Assembly (NCBI GenBank): GCA_903893215.1
Contig: CAITLJ010000035.1
Location: 46,283 to 70,282, forward strand
Reading direction: 5' to 3'
Length of the DNA: 24,000 nucleotides
From: an uncultured Ferrovum sp.
GTDB lineage: Bacteria > Pseudomonadota > Gammaproteobacteria > Burkholderiales > Ferrovaceae
This document shows, piece by piece, positions 17,850 through 24,000 of this stretch. Below the pieces are notes generated by a model. The model did no database searches. It had not been told where the DNA came from and saw only the letters and a list, made by a program, of their open reading frames with translations. Position numbers and translations under genes: made by a program. Position 1 is the first letter of the stretch. Every line of letters starts with the position of its first letter.

Positions 17850-18404
17850 ATGAACTCCATGTTGATCGATTTTCTGCCGCTGGTGGCGTTTTATGCGGCC
17901 TTCTGGGTGGGCGGCATCTATGCCGCCACAGCCACCGGCATGCTCGCCAGTGCAGCCACCATCCTCTACATGCTGGCCCGGCGCGAGCCCGTGCGCCCCA
18001 TGGCCTGGGTAAGCTTCGTCCTGATTGTGGTGTTCGGTGGTGCCACCTTGTGGCTGCACGACGAAAGCTTCATCAAATGGAAGCCCACCATCCTGTACTG
18101 GATTTTTACGTTGGTGCTGGCGCTGGCGCCACGCGTGGCCGGCCGTAACCCGATTCAGGCCATGCTGGGCAAGGAACTTGTGTTGCCCGCCGTCATCTGG
18201 GCACGGTTGAACGACAGTTGGGCCGCATTCTTTGCGCTGCTGGGCGCCGCCAATCTGTACATCGCAGGCCACTTCAGCACCAGTGTATGGGCCACCTTCA
18301 AGGTGTTCGGCACGCTGGGCATGATGGTGGTGTTTGTGCTGGTGCAGGGGGTGGTGCTGTCGCGCCATGTGCCGGCCAGCAGCAAGGACGAACCCGGCGC
18401 ATGA
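17850..18404 (+). CDS. yciB: Inner-membrane septation protein A YciB/IspZ (184 aa)
   Basis: MNSMLIDFLPLVAFYAAF.. parallels E. coli MKQFLDFLPLVVFF... Also FIKWKPTILYW, MLGKELVLPAVIW and a multi-TM profile. An alternative start at ATG 17859 cannot be excluded. Confidence 0.9.
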   Translation: MNSMLIDFLPLVAFYAAFWVGGIYAATATGMLASAATILYMLARREPVRPMAWVSFVLIVVFGGATLWLHDESFIKWKPTILYWIFTLVLALAPRVAGRNPIQAMLGKELVLPAVIWARLNDSWAAFFALLGAANLYIAGHFSTSVWATFKVFGTLGMMVVFVLVQGVVLSRHVPASSKDEPGA

Positions 18405-18721
18405 ACGCGGCCGGTGGCACCCTGCGCATGATCGAACAGGCACTGGCGGTCCTGCGGCCCTTGCACTTGCAGGTGCGCGACGACAGTCATCTGCATGCGG
18501 GTCACGCAGGTGCCCGCGATGGCGGTGGGCACTACCACCTTGATATTGTGTCGGAGCAGTTTGCCGGCCGGACAGCAGTGGCACGGCACCGGCAGGTTTA
18601 TGCGGCCCTGGGTTCGCTCATGGGCCATTCCATCCACGCCCTCGCCATTCAGGCCTGGGCTCCCGGGGAGCGGCCGGTCACGGCCTCCCCCAGCACCACC
18701 CTGTCAGCAAAGGAAGATTGA
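18401..18721 (+). CDS. BolA-family protein (106 aa)
   Basis: LQVRDDSHLHAGH..HYHLDIVSEQFAGRTAVARHRQVYAAL..IHALAIQAW matches the BolA fold signature (..DeS..H....HF...v.S..F.g...v.RHr.vy..L.....iHAL). Start ATG 18401 overlaps the yciB stop (ATGA). An alternative start is ATG 18428 (MIEQAL). Confidence 0.8.
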   Translation: MNAAGGTLRMIEQALAVLRPLHLQVRDDSHLHAGHAGARDGGGHYHLDIVSEQFAGRTAVARHRQVYAALGSLMGHSIHALAIQAWAPGERPVTASPSTTLSAKED

Positions 18722-19575
18722 TGAACGCCAAACAAGCCCTGGCCTCCCTGGCCATTGTCGGAAGCACGCTCAGCCTGACGCTGATGTTTGCCCAGCAGAC
18801 CAACGCCCAGACCAGCGATCCTGCGCCCAGCGCAGCGAGCGCGGCCGGTGGCGCCGCCAAGGACGTAAAGGTGAATGGCCATGTCATTCCCGGCTCCCTG
18901 ATCGACCTGATCGCCAAGTCGCAGACCGCTGGCGGACAACCGGACACCCCGGCGCTGCGTTCGGATATCCGTGATCAGCTGATCAACCTGACGGTGATTG
19001 CCGATGAGGCTGTCCGTCTGGGCCTGGACAAGCAGGCCGACACGGCTGCCCAACTGGAAGTGCAACGCCAGCAGGTGCTGGTGCGTGCCTTCCAGGCCTA
19101 CTACACCAAGTCCACCCAGGTGGACGACGCCACCCTGCGCGCCGAATACGACAAGGTGCGGGGGGATCTGGGCTCGAACGAGTATAAGGCCCAGCACGTG
19201 CTGGTGAAGACTGAAGAAGAAGCAAAGAAGATCATTGCCCAGCTTGAGAAGGGTGGCGATTTCGACAAGATTGCTGCCGAGCAGTCACTCGACACCGGCT
19301 CGAAGGATAGCGGTGGTCATCTGGACTGGGCCGCGCCGCAGTCCTACGTCAAGCCCTTCTCCGACGCCATGGTTGGCCTGAAGAAAGGCGAGTTCACCAA
19401 GACCCCGGTGCAGACCCAGTTCGGCTTTCACGTGATCAAGCTGGAAGACGAGCGTCCGCTGAAGGCGCCCGACTTTGACGAAGTGAAGGAACAGCTGCGC
19501 CAGTCGAAGGTGCAGAAAGACTTTGGTGGTGTTGTGCGCGACCTGCGTGCCAAGGCCAAGGTGGAAGGGCTGTAA
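18721..19575 (+). CDS. Periplasmic parvulin-type peptidyl-prolyl cis-trans isomerase (284 aa)
   Basis: Signal peptide MNAKQALASLAIVGSTLSLTLMFAQQTNA|QT and a SurA-like helical N-domain. Parvulin domain YKAQHVLV..GGDFDKIAAEQSLDTGSKDSGGHLDWA..FGFHVIKLED. The ATG overlaps the bolA-family stop by 1 nt (TGATG). Confidence 0.88.
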   Translation: MNAKQALASLAIVGSTLSLTLMFAQQTNAQTSDPAPSAASAAGGAAKDVKVNGHVIPGSLIDLIAKSQTAGGQPDTPALRSDIRDQLINLTVIADEAVRLGLDKQADTAAQLEVQRQQVLVRAFQAYYTKSTQVDDATLRAEYDKVRGDLGSNEYKAQHVLVKTEEEAKKIIAQLEKGGDFDKIAAEQSLDTGSKDSGGHLDWAAPQSYVKPFSDAMVGLKKGEFTKTPVQTQFGFHVIKLEDERPLKAPDFDEVKEQLRQSKVQKDFGGVVRDLRAKAKVEGL

Positions 19576-19628
19576 GCGCGACGATGGCGGCGGCTGACGC
19601 CTGACGGCAGCCCTGCGCAATCGCAACG

Positions 19629-19669
19629 AAAGCCCCCGGGGACCCTGCGCCCCCGGGGGCTTTTGGTTT
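19629..19669. terminator. Bidirectional Rho-independent terminator between PPIase gene and purL
   Basis: Perfect 13-bp stem: AAAGCCCCCGGGG (19629-19641) pairs with CCCCGGGGGCTTT (19651-19663), with a 9-nt loop ACCCTGCGC. TTTTGGTTT follows on the + strand and TTTCGTT on the - strand. A second small hairpin GGGGCGC/GCGCCCC lies at 19681-19700. Confidence 0.85.
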
Positions 19670-19735
19670 ACAGCAGCGTCGGGGCGCACCGGCGCGCCCC
19701 CGCCGCCTGAATCAGCCCGGTTTTCGCTCGGCCGA

Positions 19736-22700
19736 TCAGCCGACCCAGCGTCGCGCGTTGCGGAACATGCGCAGCCACGGTCCGTCCTCGCCCCAGTTGG
19801 CAGGATGCCAGGAGTGCTGGATGGTGCGAAAAGCACGTTCCGGATGTGGCATCAGGATTGTGAAGCGGCCATCCTCCGTGGTCACACCGGTGAGGCCATC
19901 TGCCGAGCCGTTCGGATTGGCCGGATACTGTGTGGCAGGTGCGCCCTGACCATCGATATGACGCAGCACACCCAACGCACGCGCCTGCAGTTCGTCCTTG
20001 ACCGAGCGGAACACCATGCGTCCTTCGCCGTGCGCCACTGGCACCGGCAGCTGACTGCCAGCCATGCCGCGCATGAACAGCGAGGGGCTGTCGAGCACCT
20101 CGACCATCGACCAGCGCGCCTCGAACTGTTCGGACCGGTTGCGGTGTAGCTGCGGCCACCATTGCGCCCCAGGAATCAACCCGGACAGACCGCTCATCAT
20201 CTGGCAGCCATTGCATACACCCAGCGCAAACGTGTCGGGACGCTGAAAGAAGGCTGCAAAGCGGTCGCGCGCCAACGGATTGAACAGGATCGAGCGCGCC
20301 CAGCCTTGGCCGGCCCCCAGCACGTCGCCATACGAAAAGCCACCGCAAGCCACCAGGCCGGCGAAATCCTGCAAGGTTTCGCGCCCGGCCAGAATGTCGC
20401 TCATATGCACATCGACTGCACTGAAACCGGCACGGTCAAACGCTGCCGCCATTTCCACCTGGCCATTGACGCCCTGCTCGCGCAGGACGGCAATGCGCGG
20501 CCGGCGGCCATACAGAACCAGAGGCGCGGCCACATCGTCCGCCGGATCAAAGGTCAGCTGTGCGCGCAACCCGGGGTCGCTGCGCTGAGCCTGACTGGCG
20601 CGCGCTTCGGCCACACAGCCGGGATCGTCGCGCAGGGCCTGCAACTGCAGGCTGGTTTCGCCCCACACCTGTTCCAGCGGCAGCAGTGCCGACTTGAACA
20701 GCGTGGCGCCCTGATGACGCACTTCGATGGCATCGCCATTCGGCTGCACGGCGCCAAGGAAATGCGCACAGGCCTGCAGGCCGTGGCTGCCGATCAGCGC
20801 TTCCACGCGCCCCCGATGCTGACGCGGAACCTGCAGGACAATGCCGGGCTCCTCGGCAAACAGACAGGCAAGCGGTGCAGCGGAACTGCCCAATTTGTCC
20901 AGGTCGAGCACGAATCCCGCGCGGGAAGCGAACAGCATTTCCAGCACAGTGACCAGCAGCCCCCCGTCCGAACGATCGTGGCAAGCCAGCACCAGCGCTT
21001 CGCGACGCAAGGCCTGCATCAGATTGAACAGCGCGCGCAACTGCGCTGGCTGGTCCAGGTCTGGCGCAAAGTCTCCCACCTGACCATACACTTGGGCGAG
21101 GGCACTGCCGCCGAGCCGATACTTGCCCTGCCCCAGATCAATCAACAGCAGCTCGGTGGGGCCGGCATGGCTGCGCAGCATCGGTGTGAGCGTGGCACGC
21201 ACGTCGGTGACCGGCGCAAACGCGGTAATCACCAGCGACAGCGGTGACGTGACCTTGTGGACGCCAGCCTCGTCCTGCCACACGGTGCGCATGGAGAGCG
21301 AGTCCTTGCCTACCGGGATGGCCAGGTCGAGCGCTGGACACAATTCAAGCGCCAGCGCACGGACGGTATCGAACAAGGCGGCGTCCTCGCCAGGCGCGCC
21401 GGCGGCAGCCATCCAGTTGGCGGACAGCTTGATGCGATCGAGCGCAGGCACATCGGCGGCCAACAGGTTGGTGATGGCCTCGGCCAGCGCCATCCGTCCG
21501 GAAGCCGGGGCGTCAATCAAGGCCACCGGTGCGCGTTCGCCAATCGCAAAGGCTTCGCCGTGATATTCGTGGAATCCGGCGGCCGTGACCGCCACATCGG
21601 CCACCGGCACCTGCCAGGGTCCGACCAGCGGGTCACGCACACATAGCCCCCCCACCGTGCGGTCGCCGATGGTGATCAGGAAGCGTTTGTCGGCCACGGC
21701 AGGCAAGCTGAGCACGCGGCGCAGGGCATCAAGAACGCTGACCCCGTCGAATTGCAGTGGCGTGCGCACGGCCGCCACCCGCTGCACATCGCGCACCATG
21801 CGCGGCGGCTTGCCCAGCAGCGCGGACAGTTCCATGTCTACCGGCAGGTTGTCAAAATACGGATCGCGCACCTGCAAGCGACCATCGCCGGTGCCGGTAC
21901 CGACCACGGCAAACGGACAGCGCTCTCGCGCGCACAGCGCACTAAAGTCATCCAGCCGCTCGGGCGCAATCGCCAGCACATAGCGTTCCTGCGACTCGTT
22001 GCTCCAGATCTCGCGTGGACTCATGCCCGGCTCTTCGGAGGGTATCTTACGCAGGTTGAATACCGCGCCGACACCACCGTCGTGGGCGAGCTCGGGAAAT
22101 GCATTGGACAGGCCACCCGCCCCCACATCGTGAATGGCCAGGATTGGGTTGCGCTCGGCCAGTTGCCAGCAGCGGTCAATCACTTCCTGCGCGCGGCGCT
22201 GCATTTCCGGATTGGCACGTTGCACCGAGTCAAAGTCGAGCGATTCGGCGTTCATGCCGCTTTGCATCGACGAGGCAGCACCGCCACCAATACCGATGCG
22301 CATGCCGGCGCCGCCAAGCTGGATGAACAGGACGCCATCGCTGAGCGGCAACTTGTGCGACTGCAGCCCATCAATGGTTCCGACCCCGCCGGCCAGCATG
22401 ATCGGCTTGTGATAACCACGCCATTCGCCGGCATGGCGGATTTCGAGGGTACGGAAATAGCCACCCAGATTGGGGCGACCAAACTCATTGTTGAAGGCAG
22501 CTGCACCGATCGGTCCGTCGAGCATGATCTGCAAGGGCGAGACAATCCGTGCCGGACGGGCACCAGAACCTGCCTCCCAGGGCTGCTCCAGCCCCGGCAG
22601 GTTGAGATTGGACACCGAGAAACCGACCAGGCCGGCTTTGGGGCGCGCGCCGCGGCCGGTAGCACCCTCATCGCGGATTTCGCCGCCAGCACCGGTGGCT

Positions 22701-23644
22701 GCCCCCGGAAAGGGCGCGATCGCGGTGGGGTGATTGTGGGTTTCCACCTTGGCGATCAGATGCGCCTGCACCGGGCGATACTGATACACCGGAGAGGCAG
22801 CACCTGCCTGAGGATGGAAACGCTGGGTGTCCTGTCCGGTGATGATGGCTGCATTGTCGGCGTAGGCCACCACCGTTCCCTGCGGCGTGTGCCGGTGGGT
22901 TTCGCGCACCATGCCGAACAGGGAATGCGCCTGCGGCTGATGATCAATCACCCAGTCGGCATTGAAGATCTTGTGGCGGCAATGCTCCGAGTTGGCCTGC
23001 GCAAACATCAGCAACTCCGCGTCGGTGGGATTGCGGCCGGCAGCCTGATAAATCTGCAACAGATAGTCGATTTCGTCTTCGGCCAACGCCAGGCCGAGTG
23101 ACTGATTGGCGGCGACCAAGGCCGCCCGGCCGTCCGTGCCGAGCACCACCTCACCCAATGGCTGTGGTGCCACCTGGGCAAATACCTGATCCGCCTGTTC
23201 GAGGCTGAGCAGCACACTCTCGGTCATCGGGTCATGCAGCAGTGCGGCACAGCGTTCCAGAAGCGCGGGCTGGAAGCTGTCCGGGCGCCCGGTGCCGATG
23301 CGGAAAGCCGTGGCACGTTCCACCCGCAATACCGCGTCCAGTCCGCAACCGCGCACGATTTCGGTGGCCTTGCTCGACCACGGCGAAATGGTTCCCAGGC
23401 GCGGCGTAACCAGCAACAGGGTATCGCCGGCGCGCACCGGGCGGGGCATGCCGCCGTCATCCAGCACGGCTTCCAGATGCTGCTGCTCGGCCGTCTGCAG
23501 GGAACGCGCCAGATGCACCAGATACAGGTGCTGGGCATGCAGATGCACCGGTTCACCGATCTGGTCGCGCAGTTTCTGCAACAGACGTTCGCGACGGAAG
23601 GGCGACAGGGCGAGCGGACCGTTCAGGGTCAGGATGGATGACAT
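19736..23644 (-). CDS. purL: Phosphoribosylformylglycinamidine synthase, single-chain large form (1302 aa)
   Basis: Full-length large PurL. N-terminal domain [22 protein letters not shown], then ..[13 protein letters not shown].., duplicated AIR-synthase-like domains (..[15 protein letters not shown]..). C-terminal glutamine amidotransferase with GVCNGCQMM catalytic Cys and MPHPER. Confidence 0.97.
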   Translation of the reverse strand: MSSILTLNGPLALSPFRRERLLQKLRDQIGEPVHLHAQHLYLVHLARSLQTAEQQHLEAVLDDGGMPRPVRAGDTLLLVTPRLGTISPWSSKATEIVRGCGLDAVLRVERATAFRIGTGRPDSFQPALLERCAALLHDPMTESVLLSLEQADQVFAQVAPQPLGEVVLGTDGRAALVAANQSLGLALAEDEIDYLLQIYQAAGRNPTDAELLMFAQANSEHCRHKIFNADWVIDHQPQAHSLFGMVRETHRHTPQGTVVAYADNAAIITGQDTQRFHPQAGAASPVYQYRPVQAHLIAKVETHNHPTAIAPFPGAATGAGGEIRDEGATGRGARPKAGLVGFSVSNLNLPGLEQPWEAGSGARPARIVSPLQIMLDGPIGAAAFNNEFGRPNLGGYFRTLEIRHAGEWRGYHKPIMLAGGVGTIDGLQSHKLPLSDGVLFIQLGGAGMRIGIGGGAASSMQSGMNAESLDFDSVQRANPEMQRRAQEVIDRCWQLAERNPILAIHDVGAGGLSNAFPELAHDGGVGAVFNLRKIPSEEPGMSPREIWSNESQERYVLAIAPERLDDFSALCARERCPFAVVGTGTGDGRLQVRDPYFDNLPVDMELSALLGKPPRMVRDVQRVAAVRTPLQFDGVSVLDALRRVLSLPAVADKRFLITIGDRTVGGLCVRDPLVGPWQVPVADVAVTAAGFHEYHGEAFAIGERAPVALIDAPASGRMALAEAITNLLAADVPALDRIKLSANWMAAAGAPGEDAALFDTVRALALELCPALDLAIPVGKDSLSMRTVWQDEAGVHKVTSPLSLVITAFAPVTDVRATLTPMLRSHAGPTELLLIDLGQGKYRLGGSALAQVYGQVGDFAPDLDQPAQLRALFNLMQALRREALVLACHDRSDGGLLVTVLEMLFASRAGFVLDLDKLGSSAAPLACLFAEEPGIVLQVPRQHRGRVEALIGSHGLQACAHFLGAVQPNGDAIEVRHQGATLFKSALLPLEQVWGETSLQLQALRDDPGCVAEARASQAQRSDPGLRAQLTFDPADDVAAPLVLYGRRPRIAVLREQGVNGQVEMAAAFDRAGFSAVDVHMSDILAGRETLQDFAGLVACGGFSYGDVLGAGQGWARSILFNPLARDRFAAFFQRPDTFALGVCNGCQMMSGLSGLIPGAQWWPQLHRNRSEQFEARWSMVEVLDSPSLFMRGMAGSQLPVPVAHGEGRMVFRSVKDELQARALGVLRHIDGQGAPATQYPANPNGSADGLTGVTTEDGRFTILMPHPERAFRTIQHSWHPANWGEDGPWLRMFRNARRWVG

Positions 23645-23672
23645 GGGGAGCCGGAAGAAGGATCAGGCCGTG

Positions 23673-23701
23673 ATTATAGCGAAACCGGGAAGCGGCCTGA
23701 A
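23673..23701 (-). promoter_or_regulatory. Candidate purL promoter: TTCAGG - 17 nt - TATAAT
   Basis: On the - strand there is a perfect TATAAT (23678-23673) 28 nt upstream of the purL ATG, with a weak -35 TTCAGG (23701-23696) at 17-nt spacing. Motif match only. Confidence 0.4.
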
Positions 23702-23715
23702 CCTTGAACGCCGCC

Positions 23716-24000
23716 ATGCAGCGGCTGCCCCTGTCGCAGGCTGCGTTGCAGGGCGCGAAGTTGGCGCTGGGGAATGGCGTGCAAACCCACAATCACGGGG
23801 GCACTGTGGCCACCGGCGCGCCCCAGCACGCAGCCCCATGGACCGACATGAACTGCACCGGACGGGCAGAGCCGCTGCCGTCGCGCCTGCTGCACATTGA
23901 GCACCCCACTGTCCGAGATGTCGCGCAGGACGCCGGCGGCCGGGGCCGGGCATGTCGTTTTGGCGCGGCGGGAGCGGAACCGTTGGGCCAACCAGAGGCC
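23716..24000 (+). CDS. Possible 5' part of an unidentified protein gene (frame open to the right edge); strand not resolved
   Basis: ATG 23716 opens a stop-free frame to 24000: MQRLPLSQAALQGAKLALGNGVQTHNHGGTVATGAPQHAAPWTDMNCTGRAEPLPSRLLHIEHPTVRDVAQ... My hand count over 95 codons gives about 77/58/78 % G+C at codon positions 1/2/3. That pattern is coding-like, but it fits the exactly antisense - frame (ending 23674, also open to the edge) equally well. No recognisable motif and no Shine-Dalgarno sequence. Confidence 0.3.
   Translation, partial: MQRLPLSQAALQGAKLALGNGVQTHNHGGTVATGAPQHAAPWTDMNCTGRAEPLPSRLLHIEHPTVRDVAQDAGGRGRACRFGAAGAEPLGQPEA

Noticed and set aside
23670-23900. GTG-initiated + strand ORF (77 aa) preceded by the purine-rich GGAAGAAGGA that looks like a strong SD.
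   Set aside because: Third-position G+C in this frame is only about half by my count, far below that of real genes here. The purine-rich run is simply the complement of the pyrimidine-rich purL leader.
1-24000. Window-wide look for tRNA/rRNA genes, CRISPR repeat-spacer periodicity, IS or transposon inverted repeats, integrase, toxin-antitoxin or restriction-modification/defence gene signatures.
   Set aside because: Nothing found. Every gap is 160 bp or shorter and is accounted for by promoters or terminators, and every sizeable ORF is either a recognisable housekeeping gene or a shadow frame. tRNA and ncRNA detection by eye is limited, so a covariance-model scan would be the decisive check.

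Overview
GC-rich bacterial chromosomal window (roughly two-thirds G+C by eye, not computed), almost fully coding with very short intergenic gaps. I call 20 confident protein genes and one unresolved partial ORF. The content is core housekeeping, and the gene order looks betaproteobacterial (inference from synteny, no search run). Transcription units as I read them: (-) smc>zipA, with zipA running off the left edge. (+) queF>dapC>dapD>NRDE/TANGO2-like. (-) a secreted PQQ-dehydrogenase-like beta-propeller. (+) dapE>prmB. (-) a tightly packed seven-gene unit trpH(yciV)>yciO>M50/S2P-like>trpS>scpA>scpB>rluB. (+) yciB>BolA-family>parvulin PPIase. (-) purL. Then an unassigned open frame at the right edge. 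All three parts of the SMC-ScpAB condensin are present, in two separate units. I see no tRNA, rRNA, CRISPR array, transposase, integrase, phage gene or recognisable defence gene, and no visible compositional island. I do not find a convincing novel multi-gene system, so this reads as an ordinary core region. Items worth a second look are single-gene or fine-scale: (1) an intact M50/site-2-protease-family membrane protein whose HExxH zinc motif reads RPVAQ; (2) a PQQ-alcohol-dehydrogenase-like propeller that appears by eye to lack the Cys-Cys pair and Ca/PQQ ligands, which together with a TANGO2/NRDE homolog splits the dap genes; (3) a 400-aa TrpRS with a C-terminal four-Cys motif resembling the Fe-S TrpRS class; (4) a good promoter match that would put the yciB transcription start at its start codon; (5) unresolved coding potential upstream of purL. 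Many long ORFs in the supplied track are antisense or shadow frames typical of GC-rich DNA and are rejected.
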